Shown here: piece by piece, positions 18,858 to 27,517 of the stretch | Layout of the letters: every line of letters begins with the position of its first letter | How positions within the stretch are numbered: position 1 is the stretch's first letter | IMG/VR virus record: IMGVR_UViG_3300044997_001199 | Location: 124,001-188,000 of that record | Strand: one strand, 5' to 3' | Length of the DNA: 64,000 bases | Program-made: the position numbers and the translations under genes | Notes under the pieces: generated by a model | The model's database searches: none | What the model saw: the letters and a program-made list of their open reading frames with translations, nothing else | What the model was told of the DNA's origin: nothing

Positions 18858-18931
18858 TGGTAGGCCCGAAGGGTAACGCTCCCTCTTCTACGGTTTAAAA
18901 GACCGTTGCTTCACTTTAAAGCTTCAAGCCC
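18858..18931 (-). tRNA. trnK: tRNA-Lys(UUU), non-canonical D and T loops, encoded CCA
   Basis: GGGCTTG-AA-GCTT TAAAGTG AAGC-A-ACGGT CTTTTAA ACCGT-AGAA-GAGGG AGCGTTA CCCTT-CGGGCCT-A-CCA folds as a cloverleaf. Confidence 0.88.
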
Positions 18932-18943
18932 ATCAAACATCGA

Positions 18944-19021
18944 TCAGGCCAAGGTCCAGTATGCCACGATGGCTATTACATAGATTACTACTGCATAAAC
19001 AATCTGTCTAGCGATATTCAT
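18944..19021 (-). CDS. 25-aa hydrophobic peptide
   Basis: GGAG SD, own promoter; MNIARQIVYAVVIYVIAIVAYWTLA*. Confidence 0.6.
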   Translation of the reverse strand: MNIARQIVYAVVIYVIAIVAYWTLA

Positions 19022-19044
19022 TGTTCACTCCTACCTGTGTTGCT

Positions 19045-19073
19045 ATTGTATGGCAGGTAGAATTTGCAGTCAA
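19045..19073 (-). promoter_or_regulatory. sigma70-type promoter TTGACT-17-TACAAT driving peptide + tRNA-Lys
   Basis: Direct reading. Confidence 0.8.
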
Positions 19074-19089
19074 CTATTTCTAGACACAG

Positions 19090-19299
19090 TCATGTAAACC
19101 GCAAAGCGAATACCGTGGCGTCTTGACTGGTCTTGAAGTAAAACACTGTGCGGTCATAGTAGTAAACCGGATACCACTGACCTGCGAAAACTCCCAGGTT
19201 TTGTGCAAGCCATTGTTCTTGATGGTATGTGCCCATGTCAGACTCTTTGAGGTTTACAGTGACACTGTAGGGCCAACGTTCTTTATTCAGGGTTTTCAT
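19090..19299 (-). CDS. Small hypothetical protein
   Basis: ...FYFKTSQDATVFALRF motif of small phage proteins. Confidence 0.65.
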   Translation of the reverse strand: MKTLNKERWPYSVTVNLKESDMGTYHQEQWLAQNLGVFAGQWYPVYYYDRTVFYFKTSQDATVFALRFT

Positions 19300-19570
19300 G
19301 TCTACCTCATAGCGAATAACACACGTTGCTTTTCGTCACGCACACGCCATACGTCATAACGAAGTAACTATGATTGCTCTGTTTGACATATACTATATGT
19401 TCAAGCGTTGGCAAGATCAAGGTTGGGAAATGTCAACTGCTCGCGATGAAAAGACTGGCAAGTATGCCACGGGCCTTGACCAAGAACGACCACTCCGTTA
19501 CGTTAAAGGCTTAATTTATAGCTCTCACAGAGCCGTTGACAATTTTGTTAACGGCTGTGACAGTTAGTGG

Positions 19571-20488
19571 TTAACCTTGTCGGTGCAGATCCAGGGTCAC
19601 ACAGTGGAAACCACCACCCAGGGTGCGGCTGTGTCGCAGTTCCATAGGAATGACATCAAGACCCTGCGCCTGTATCTGTTGTATCAAGTCGATCTGCATG
19701 TGATCCACGATCACAGTGTTGGGATCCACGGTGAGAGTGTTCATGCCGATCCATTTTGATGCATAGGGATATTGGTAAAAATCACGGGGCACACAGTCTT
19801 CCACCCAGATTTTGTCCCAGGATTTCAATACAGGAGGCAAGTTGTGTTCTGTGACTCTCGATGCATTGAGCAAGACCAGTCCTTCACGCAACGGACAGAT
19901 GGTCGAATCTATGTGTACCCCTGCATAGAAATCGCAGAGGTGTATGCGTATCTGTGGAAACTGTTCGCAAAGCCAATGATAGGCGGCCATGTTGCCGCTA
20001 GCACTGCGCAAAAACAACCAATGATCATTGAGACGACACACATTGGCTGCATCCAAGATCATACCTTGATCTCTGGGCATGATCCGAGTGCTGATCCCGG
20101 GTTGTGTCAAGAAGTCAAGACTCTGTATTTCCTGATCCCGACAAGGGTACATCATGGCAGTATCGACCACGACATCGCCTGCTATGATCACCCGGTCCCG
20201 TGGACAGTAGTTGTACATGCCCTGTGTGATCACAAAGTCTTTGTAGGCCGGACGTAGGACTTCGACGCCGGCATCAGTCAGCACAGCGATCAAGCGTTCG
20301 AGATCCTCCTCGGCTTCCATCTGAATCCACTCGGGTACCGGTCCAGACGGCGGCGGCGTCTGGGTCCAGGAAGTTTTGCTGGACTCCTGTGCAAACATCG
20401 GATCCTCTGCGGGCCAGTTGGCCCCCGAGGCTGATCCTACCACCACGGTGCGCAGGCGGTCCCATTCATTGTGGCTGTGTATTTTCAT
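19571..20488 (-). CDS. Amidinotransferase (glycine / inosamine-phosphate amidinotransferase family)
   Basis: HSHNEWD.L..VVVG; YNYCPRD; DAAN; HIDS; N.L.VDP; LGGGFHCVTLD. Confidence 0.92.
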   Translation of the reverse strand: MKIHSHNEWDRLRTVVVGSASGANWPAEDPMFAQESSKTSWTQTPPPSGPVPEWIQMEAEEDLERLIAVLTDAGVEVLRPAYKDFVITQGMYNYCPRDRVIIAGDVVVDTAMMYPCRDQEIQSLDFLTQPGISTRIMPRDQGMILDAANVCRLNDHWLFLRSASGNMAAYHWLCEQFPQIRIHLCDFYAGVHIDSTICPLREGLVLLNASRVTEHNLPPVLKSWDKIWVEDCVPRDFYQYPYASKWIGMNTLTVDPNTVIVDHMQIDLIQQIQAQGLDVIPMELRHSRTLGGGFHCVTLDLHRQG

Positions 20489-21018
20489 TGTATGCCGGTA
20501 ATCTGTAGAGTGTATCGATCGGTCTGACCCACATTGGCAGCAAGATGAGGCACTGTGTTTTGCCAGACCACGGTATCGCCGGCCTGCCATTTGGTATAGG
20601 GGTGACCGTCGATTTCAAAATAATGACCGCTGGCCCAGGGTTCCAGGAAAATCACGGCTCGCCATATACGATCGGGGTCTGTGATGCCATGTATGTCGCG
20701 GAATCGTGCATAGGTGTCGCTGTGTGCGGGCAGCACTGTGCCTGGGCACATGCGATATACGGACCAGGAAAAACACTGCCAGTCAAACTGCTGCTGTACG
20801 GCTGGCATCCATTCGGGCTGACTCTGACGCATGTCATACATGTCGCCTGTGAATCGAGTCTGGGTATAACCCAGACTTCGCCACAATTTAACCGATTCGG
20901 AATCATTGAATGGCTCGTTGCAGTAAGGCAGATCGCGATGATCTGTCCAGACCAACTCAGTGTGGGTGTAGTACCATTTAGGCACGACGAGTGTTACCGT
21001 AGTGTACCACCTTGACAT
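20485..21018 (-). CDS. 2OG-Fe(II) dioxygenase
   Basis: PAHSD (HxD), distal H in PHLAAN, RYTLQITG. Confidence 0.8.
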   Translation of the reverse strand: MSRWYTTVTLVVPKWYYTHTELVWTDHRDLPYCNEPFNDSESVKLWRSLGYTQTRFTGDMYDMRQSQPEWMPAVQQQFDWQCFSWSVYRMCPGTVLPAHSDTYARFRDIHGITDPDRIWRAVIFLEPWASGHYFEIDGHPYTKWQAGDTVVWQNTVPHLAANVGQTDRYTLQITGIQ

Positions 21019-22222
21019 TGGGCAGATCCAACGACAAACGGCGCCACGGGTCCACTATCACGGACTCTGCAGGAATGTCACAGTAGGGATTGGTGTCGTC
21101 TTGCTCACCGGTGTATTCATAGGTAATCTTACGGTTGTGCGCCCATAGTATCACAGCTGGCTCCCTGAGATCAGAGACCACGTCAGTGGGGTCATCGGCC
21201 ATGGGGTCCAGATACACCACAGCATGGCCTAGCTCTCTTACATAGTGACCCACCAGAGTAGAATAACTGCCAATACAGTATTCCACGTCGGGCTTGTAGG
21301 CCTTGCCGTGGATCACGATGGGTACATTACCCATGCGATTGGCATCGGCCTGATCTACCAAGAACTTGGCCAGATTGCGTGCCTGGATTTCGCGAGCGTG
21401 CATGATGGTGTCAAACAGGTCATAGCCGATGTCATACTCCTGCGCCAGCCAACGCAGAGCAATGTTGTCACGTGGATGGCAAGCGCCGGCATCGCCCATG
21501 CCTGCGGTCATGTATTTGGGACCCATGATGCGCATGGTTGAATTGGCCAGGGCGTCGGTGACCACGTCCACATTGATGTTTCCAATGCGCAGTGCAAAAT
21601 CCTGGATCATGTTGGCCAGACCTACTTTGGCTGAGATAAAGGTGTTGTAGAAAATCTTGATGGCTTCGCATTCGTCCCAGGTACCTGTGACATAGCGCGG
21701 ATCATTGACCATGAGTGCACGATAGATATCAATCAGATCTTGCATCTCGGCAGGGTCGCCGGATTCCGATCCGATCATGACCATTTCAGGATTGATCATG
21801 TCCCATTTTACCGAACCCATGGCAATGAGATAGGGATTGTAAAGGAACTGATGTTGTGGATCCAGCAAGGTAGCAAAATGGCGTCGCGTGGTTCCCGGCA
21901 GCACAGTGGAAATCAAGACCACTCGCTTGGGCAATGTGGCATAACGATTGACATTGTTCAGGGCCGCCTTCACTGCATCGTGTCCAAAGTCACGAGGTTC
22001 CATGTGGCTGCTGGGCACTGATCCGTCGTATCCTTCCTCGTGCGGAGTGGGAACTGCAATGAAAATCCAATCGCTGTCGCGCACGGTTTCTTCGATGCCG
22101 CAGACTTTTACTAGGTCGCTGGACCTCGGGTAAATATCATATCCACGCACAGTGTACTTTTCTGCAAATACCTCGGCACAATCCATGCCCAACTTGCCCA
22201 ACCCAATAAAACCAATGTTCAT
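20978..22222 (-). CDS. ugd: UDP-glucose/GDP-mannose dehydrogenase family
   Basis: GFIGLGKLG; IAVPTP; ISTVLPGT; EAIK.FYNTFIS.K; GACHPRD; G.AYKPD. Confidence 0.92.
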   Translation of the reverse strand: MNIGFIGLGKLGMDCAEVFAEKYTVRGYDIYPRSSDLVKVCGIEETVRDSDWIFIAVPTPHEEGYDGSVPSSHMEPRDFGHDAVKAALNNVNRYATLPKRVVLISTVLPGTTRRHFATLLDPQHQFLYNPYLIAMGSVKWDMINPEMVMIGSESGDPAEMQDLIDIYRALMVNDPRYVTGTWDECEAIKIFYNTFISAKVGLANMIQDFALRIGNINVDVVTDALANSTMRIMGPKYMTAGMGDAGACHPRDNIALRWLAQEYDIGYDLFDTIMHAREIQARNLAKFLVDQADANRMGNVPIVIHGKAYKPDVEYCIGSYSTLVGHYVRELGHAVVYLDPMADDPTDVVSDLREPAVILWAHNRKITYEYTGEQDDTNPYCDIPAESVIVDPWRRLSLDLPNVKVVHYGNTRRA

Positions 22223-22225
22223 CTG

Positions 22226-23557
22226 ATGAATATTCCGTTAGAAAGATTGTATCATTATGTCAGCGATATTGCTGGTCCTGATGTAATAATTTATCGTTGG
22301 TCCTCTCACGGATCAAAAATTCTCTACGATCTCAGAGCACTGACCGATATCCTGTCGGGATCTCAACTTCAGTTCTATAGTTCCGATTTGGTCCAACATG
22401 TCGCGATTATAGCACATGATCAGGAACCATTGGATCTTTTGTACTATGATCGACAACATATTTGCGAACACTTTGCCAGGATTTTCGGGCTGGATCCACA
22501 GACGCTGCTGCAGGATGGATCAACCGCCGACATAAAAGACATCGTGTACCTGCACTTGCGATCCGTACTACATCCCAGTGTTCACCGACCCATTTTGTTG
22601 CATTCAGAAGTCGGCGGCCGCCAACTCAAGATCTATCAGCAGCTGGGCTACATACCGGCCTACTGGTGGTGTCATGCCGTGTTGGCCAGAGATTGGTTTA
22701 GATATGCTCAGTGCGATCCACAGTTAAAGCACCGTCCGGCACAATGGCACAAAGATTTTTTAATCTACTGTAGATCCTGGACCGGAACCAGAAAATATCG
22801 CCTAGCATTTTTTGAGATGTTGGCCGATGAACAATTGTCGGACTACTGCCAGGCATCACTGGCCTCACATGATCAAGGATTTCACTATCTCGACATTGGT
22901 GTTCGCGACCCTGATCTAGCAGTGCAAAGAACCGATCTGGACCAGATATTCCGATCGTCTGGGATGGGTCCCGCGGCCAGTGCAGACTACGACAATCAGG
23001 ACTATGCTGCTGCAGCACTGGAAATAGTTTTAGAAACAGTGTTTGACGATGATCGCCAACATCTTACCGAAAAAACCCTGCGTCCCATTGCCTGCGGCAA
23101 ACCATTTTTGCTGGCTGCCACTCCCTATAGCTTGCGATATCTACGCAGTTATGGTTTTCTGACCTTTGCACCATTGATCGACGAAAGCTATGATGAGATC
23201 ACTGATACCAAACAACGTCTCCGGGCCTTGGTCAAAGAAATGCGACGCATTGCCAATTTATCAAGACAACAAAAACAGATCTTGTACCAAGAACTACATC
23301 AACGCGCACAGATCAATCAAAAACATTTTTTTTCTGAGGATTTTTATCAGCAAGTGACTCAAGAACTCAGTTGCAATGTCAAGACTGCCGTGGAACAATC
23401 GAGATCACAAGTGTCGCTGGCCTGGATCGAACAACGTCTGCGCGTGGCCAATCGGTGGAACGACCTTGGACTCTCAGAATGCCAGTCTCTCTATGCCTGG
23501 ACGGTGGCCAACATACAAGTTTCGAGATCAGGAACAGATACCAACCCATCCCATTGA
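22226..23557 (+). CDS. GT10-like putative glycosyltransferase
   Basis: EIVLETVF....HLTEKTLRPI..GKPF resembles the GT10 E-N/T-S...Y-x-TEK motif. Confidence 0.55.
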   Translation: MNIPLERLYHYVSDIAGPDVIIYRWSSHGSKILYDLRALTDILSGSQLQFYSSDLVQHVAIIAHDQEPLDLLYYDRQHICEHFARIFGLDPQTLLQDGSTADIKDIVYLHLRSVLHPSVHRPILLHSEVGGRQLKIYQQLGYIPAYWWCHAVLARDWFRYAQCDPQLKHRPAQWHKDFLIYCRSWTGTRKYRLAFFEMLADEQLSDYCQASLASHDQGFHYLDIGVRDPDLAVQRTDLDQIFRSSGMGPAASADYDNQDYAAAALEIVLETVFDDDRQHLTEKTLRPIACGKPFLLAATPYSLRYLRSYGFLTFAPLIDESYDEITDTKQRLRALVKEMRRIANLSRQQKQILYQELHQRAQINQKHFFSEDFYQQVTQELSCNVKTAVEQSRSQVSLAWIEQRLRVANRWNDLGLSECQSLYAWTVANIQVSRSGTDTNPSH

Positions 23558-23880
23558 CTGTTTTGGTTGGACTCTGTAGATTGTTGGTTGATACGTTGTA
23601 ACAATATTTCATAAAAACTGTCAACTTCTCCGTTCCATCGTCCGGCCAAGGATTCAATGGCACCACGGCAATAGTCCCAGTTGCCCTGACGATATTGTGT
23701 CATGAGATTGTGATGCAGATCGCGATAGGTGTCCAAGGTAACAAATTCTGTCAGCGGCACGTATTCTACCACACACCATGCTGTGGATCGGTGACCTTTT
23801 TTGTCTACAAAAGTGTCGAGTTCGAGCAAGGTATAACTGTCGGGTAATTGTGGTATTAGGTGCCCAAATATAATGTGCAT
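23491..23880 (-). CDS. Hypothetical protein resembling the C-terminal tail of class III adenylate cyclases
   Basis: LELDTF..K.G; YRQGNWD.C...I; Y..L.QRI; WDG. Confidence 0.5.
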   Translation of the reverse strand: MHIIFGHLIPQLPDSYTLLELDTFVDKKGHRSTAWCVVEYVPLTEFVTLDTYRDLHHNLMTQYRQGNWDYCRGAIESLAGRWNGEVDSFYEILLQRINQQSTESNQNSQWDGLVSVPDLETCMLATVQA

Positions 23881-23904
23881 GCGTTTTCCTTTTAAATAAG
23901 TGTT

Positions 23905-24696
23905 ATGCCACTTGCATTTGATTTGATTTCTGATTTACACGTTGAAACATGGTCCAAGATATTTAATTGGACTGGTCAGGCCACCAGTCCATTTTGTGTG
24001 GTAGTTGGAGATGTGGCGCAGGACCGCAATGTTTTGATAAAAACGTTAACACACCTTGGCAGTTGTTATCAAGCAGTTTTTTACATCGATGGCAATGACG
24101 AGCATCGTGACTATTACGACAATCTCAGTTCCAGTTACAATGACCTAGCCGCAAAACTCAAACCCGTACCCAATCTGGTGTATCTACAGAACAACGTAGT
24201 GGTAATCGAGGGAGTGGCCATCCTGGGTACCAACGGTTGGTGGGCCTTTAATTTTGATCTCAGTGTCGATTCGGGGTCGTCCGTAGAACTTTGGCAGGAC
24301 GAAACCGGACACGATCTTGCAGCTTCTCAATATATTTCGGCCATGGCCCAGAACGATGCCAACTATCTTGTTCGCAGCGTCAAGCGTTTGCAAAAACGCT
24401 ATGATGTCCGTCACATCGTGGTAGCTACACATACTGTGCCGGCGACGCAATTGCTTGCCCACGACATCGAGTTGAAATCAACTCCCAAACTCAACTGCAT
24501 GGGCAATCGATATCTCGAAGAAGCACTGGACTGCGATACCGAAAAAAAAATACATACCTGGTGCTTTGGACACTATCACAGACCGATAGATCAGATCTAT
24601 CGACAAATACGGTTTGTTAACAACTGTCGCGGAAAAGAGAAAACCGACTATGCCACGTCGGTTTTCTATCCCAAACGGATCGTGGTAGAAAACTAA
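23905..24696 (+). CDS. Calcineurin-like metallophosphoesterase
   Basis: ISDLH; VVGD; GNDEH; THTVP; WCFGHYH. Confidence 0.88.
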   Translation: MPLAFDLISDLHVETWSKIFNWTGQATSPFCVVVGDVAQDRNVLIKTLTHLGSCYQAVFYIDGNDEHRDYYDNLSSSYNDLAAKLKPVPNLVYLQNNVVVIEGVAILGTNGWWAFNFDLSVDSGSSVELWQDETGHDLAASQYISAMAQNDANYLVRSVKRLQKRYDVRHIVVATHTVPATQLLAHDIELKSTPKLNCMGNRYLEEALDCDTEKKIHTWCFGHYHRPIDQIYRQIRFVNNCRGKEKTDYATSVFYPKRIVVEN

Positions 24697-24998
24697 TCAG
24701 TGGATTCGGGTTCCAGTTTGATCTGCAAAGGGTAGCTCTGTTCTCTGGCACTGAGCGTGACTTCGATGCCTTTTTGTTCGGCAATCTCATAGGGCAACAC
24801 CGCGACCACGGCTGATCCAGACTCGTGAATGTCCAGAGTGATTTCTTTGGCTAGATTCACACTGTAATCAAAGTACTCTACTAGCGATTCAATCACAAAC
24901 TCCATGCTAGTGGCATTGTCATTGAGATAAATTACCCGATACATGGGGGGTTCAGTGACTTTTTCGTTGATACGAGTGCGGAATTCAATCTGTGACAT
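24693..24998 (-). CDS. clpS: ClpS adaptor
   Basis: EPPMYRVIYLND..TSMEFV...L...F; DIHESG.AVV; EIAEQK; YPL. Confidence 0.92.
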   Translation of the reverse strand: MSQIEFRTRINEKVTEPPMYRVIYLNDNATSMEFVIESLVEYFDYSVNLAKEITLDIHESGSAVVAVLPYEIAEQKGIEVTLSAREQSYPLQIKLEPESTD

Positions 24999-25014
24999 TT
25001 TATAATCCTTGTAT

Positions 25015-25045
25015 ATACAGTGGCGGACACTGTCCGCCACTGTAT
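25015..25045. repeat. Perfect 14-bp inverted repeat with 3-nt loop
   Basis: ATACAGTGGCGGAC-ACT-GTCCGCCACTGTAT. Confidence 0.9.
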
Positions 25046-25059
25046 TTAACAAAACACTG

Positions 25060-25497
25060 TCAAGAAGTGTAGGTAATTGCGATGCTCTTGGGTTTGGCCG
25101 ACTCAGGAACCAGGCGTTCCAATTGGATGGTCAAGATACCATCTCGGACCACCGCGGCCTTGATTTCAACATGGTCTGCCAGCATGAAACAACGAGAAAA
25201 CTTGCGAGTCGATATTCCCTTGTGCAAATATTCAACTCCGACCGATTCGGTTTTCTTTTCACCGGTCACTGTGAGTTCACCGTTGTGGAATGTGACATCA
25301 ATTTCGCCTTGACTGAATCCGGCCGCGGCCAGGCGGATTTCATAGGTTTCCTCTCCGGTCTTGACCACATCGTGCGGTGGATAGTTGCCAACCTGAGATG
25401 AATGCTCAAACTGGTCTAGGATACGGTCAAACAAACGATCCACGCCCACGGTGTGACGATAGAAAGGGGTCAAGTCTAATGCAGTAAGTTTTGTCAT
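25060..25497 (-). CDS. ibpA: Small heat shock protein Hsp20 (IbpA-like)
   Basis: VGVDRLFD; NYPPHDV; I.LA.AGF; L.VTG; YLHKGISTR.F.R.F.L; DGIL.I.L; P..I.I. Confidence 0.95.
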   Translation of the reverse strand: MTKLTALDLTPFYRHTVGVDRLFDRILDQFEHSSQVGNYPPHDVVKTGEETYEIRLAAAGFSQGEIDVTFHNGELTVTGEKKTESVGVEYLHKGISTRKFSRCFMLADHVEIKAAVVRDGILTIQLERLVPESAKPKSIAITYTS

Positions 25498-25565
25498 GAT
25501 AATCTCCTTTTAAGCAAGTATGACAACAGTAGACCCGGAAATCGGCATCTACTAGGATATTTATA
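25498..25565 (-). promoter_or_regulatory. Conserved leader copy B (hsp20)
   Basis: TATAAATA..TAGTAGAT-G-CCG atttc CGG-GTCTACTG..CTTGCTTAAAAGGAG..ATG. Confidence 0.8.
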
Positions 25566-27423
25566 CTACTTCCGTGAAGTCACTGTCAACCACAGTTTGC
25601 TCAGCAGCACCGCGTTGGCGTGCTTCGTGCAGTGCTGTGAGTTTTCCAGCGAGTTCTGTGAGTGCGGTTTTCATGGCTTCCACATCGTCTCCCTTGCCTG
25701 CGTTTTCGCAGTCAGTAAGCACCTGGAGGATTTCTGCATGTTGTTTGGACGTGAGATCACTTTCCAGTTCCTTGAGATCTGCTCTTGCCGAATGTGTCAT
25801 GCTGTCGATCTGATTGCGAGTTTCAATTAGCTCTCTCTGGCGGCGATCCACGTCAGCATTGGCCTCGGCGTCCTGCACCATCTTCTGGATCTCCTCCTCA
25901 GAGAGGCCCGAGTTGGCTCGGATGGTGATATTGTTCTTCTTGCCGGTGGCCCGGTCTTGAGCTGACACATGCATGATACCATTGGTATCGATATCCAGTG
26001 TGACTTCGATCTGTGGTATGCCGCGGCGCGCAGGTGCGATGCCTTCGAGATTGAACTCTCCTAACAATTTGTTGTATTGGAATAGTTCACGTTCGCCCTG
26101 CGCTACCTTGATGGTCACTGCGGGCTGATTGTCCTCGGCTGTGCTGAAAGTTTGACTGTGCTTGGCAGGAATAGTAGTGTTCTTGTTGATCAGCTTGGTA
26201 AACACTCCTCCCTGTGTTTCAATACCCAGACTCAGCGGAATCACGTCCAGCAGCAGCACATCTGTGCGATCGCCACTCAGCACTGCGCCCTGAATCGCAG
26301 CACCCACGGCCACTGCTTCGTCGGGGTTGACGTCCTTGCGCGGATCCCGACCGAAAAACGTCCGGACTGCCTCTTGCACCTTGGGCATGCGCGTCTGGCC
26401 ACCCACCAGTATCACATCGCTGATATCAGCAACAGCAATACCTGCATCTTTTACGGCCTGACGGCAGGGTTCGATAGAACGCTGGATAAGGTCCTCGACC
26501 ATGCCCTCAAACCGCGCACGAGTGATCTTTACCACCAGGTGCTTGGGGCCGGTCTGATCCATGGCGATATAGGGTTCGTTGACTTCGACCTGGGAACCAC
26601 TGCTCAGTTCGATTTTGGCACGTTCGGCTGCGGCCTTGATGCGCTGCAGAGCAATAGCATCTTTGGTAAGATCAATACCGGTTTGGTCGCGGAACTCGTT
26701 GCAGAGGAAGTCGATCAGGCGTTGGTCGAAGTCCTCACCGCCCAGGAATGTATCGCCATTGGTGGACAGAACTTCAAACTGATATTCGCCGTCGACGTCT
26801 GCGATCTCGATGATCGAGACGTCGAAGGTGCCGCCGCCGAGGTCATAGACGGCGATCTTGCGATCTCGCTGTTCGTTTTTGTCAAGTCCAAATGCCAAGG
26901 CTGCTGCAGTGGGCTCGTTGATGATGCGACGCACTTCTAGTCCAGCGATGCGGCCAGCGTCTTTGGTGGCCTGACGCTGCGCGTCGTTGAAGTAGGCCGG
27001 CACAGTGATCACGGCCTCGGTCACGGCATGTCCCAGATAATCCTCGGCAGCTTTCTTCATCTTACGTAACACTTCGGCCGAAATCTGCGGAGGGGCCTTG
27101 TTGTCGCCATTGACTGCGATCCATGCATCGCCGTTGTCGGCCCTCACAATATCGTAGGGCAGAGAGTTGATATCTCGTTGTACGGCCTTTTCTTCGAATC
27201 TTCGTCCGATCAGACGCTTGGCTGCATACACTGTGTTCTTGGGATTGGTAACAGCCTGGCGTTTAGCAGGTGCACCGACCAAGATTTCATCCGCGGTATA
27301 GGCCACAACAGAAGGAGTGGTTCTGGCTCCTTCGGCATTTTCGATAACTCTCGGGTTTCCATTTTCGATCACAGCCACGCAGGAATTGGTGGTGCCAAGA
27401 TCGATACCAATGATTTTGCTCAT
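25561..27423 (-). CDS. dnaK: Chaperone DnaK (Hsp70)
   Basis: [15 protein letters not shown]; [20 protein letters not shown]; [10 protein letters not shown]; LVGGQTRMP; full length. Confidence 0.99.
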   Translation of the reverse strand: MSKIIGIDLGTTNSCVAVIENGNPRVIENAEGARTTPSVVAYTADEILVGAPAKRQAVTNPKNTVYAAKRLIGRRFEEKAVQRDINSLPYDIVRADNGDAWIAVNGDNKAPPQISAEVLRKMKKAAEDYLGHAVTEAVITVPAYFNDAQRQATKDAGRIAGLEVRRIINEPTAAALAFGLDKNEQRDRKIAVYDLGGGTFDVSIIEIADVDGEYQFEVLSTNGDTFLGGEDFDQRLIDFLCNEFRDQTGIDLTKDAIALQRIKAAAERAKIELSSGSQVEVNEPYIAMDQTGPKHLVVKITRARFEGMVEDLIQRSIEPCRQAVKDAGIAVADISDVILVGGQTRMPKVQEAVRTFFGRDPRKDVNPDEAVAVGAAIQGAVLSGDRTDVLLLDVIPLSLGIETQGGVFTKLINKNTTIPAKHSQTFSTAEDNQPAVTIKVAQGERELFQYNKLLGEFNLEGIAPARRGIPQIEVTLDIDTNGIMHVSAQDRATGKKNNITIRANSGLSEEEIQKMVQDAEANADVDRRQRELIETRNQIDSMTHSARADLKELESDLTSKQHAEILQVLTDCENAGKGDDVEAMKTALTELAGKLTALHEARQRGAAEQTVVDSDFTEVV

Positions 27424-27492
27424 AGTGTTCTCCTTGGTTAAGCAAGAATAAGTCGAGATCCCCGGAATGGGCAATCTCTAGTGCTATTTATA
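27424..27492 (-). promoter_or_regulatory. Conserved leader copy C (dnaK)
   Basis: TATAAATA..GAGATT-G-CCC attcc GGG-GATCTC..CTTGCTTAA cc AAGGAG..ATG. Confidence 0.8.
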
Positions 27493-27517
27493 GACAAAAT
27501 CTCAAATCAAGTCAAGC

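Noticed and set aside
19571-20488. Archaeosine/7-deazaguanine DNA-modification amidinotransferase
   Set aside because: Motifs are of the Arg:glycine (pentein) family, not ArcS/QueF-L/Gat-QueC, and no folE/queCDE/dpdA genes are in the window.
26152-26940. Long antisense ORFs (e.g. 26152..26940, 3829..4614, 14079..14735, 30777..31292)
   Set aside because: They are shadows of well-supported genes on the opposite strand and lack SDs and family motifs.
27424-27492. CIRCE/HrcA operator upstream of dnaK
   Set aside because: The sequence does not match TTAGCACTC-N9-GAGTGCTAA; the conserved bulge and G-U pairs point to an RNA structure.
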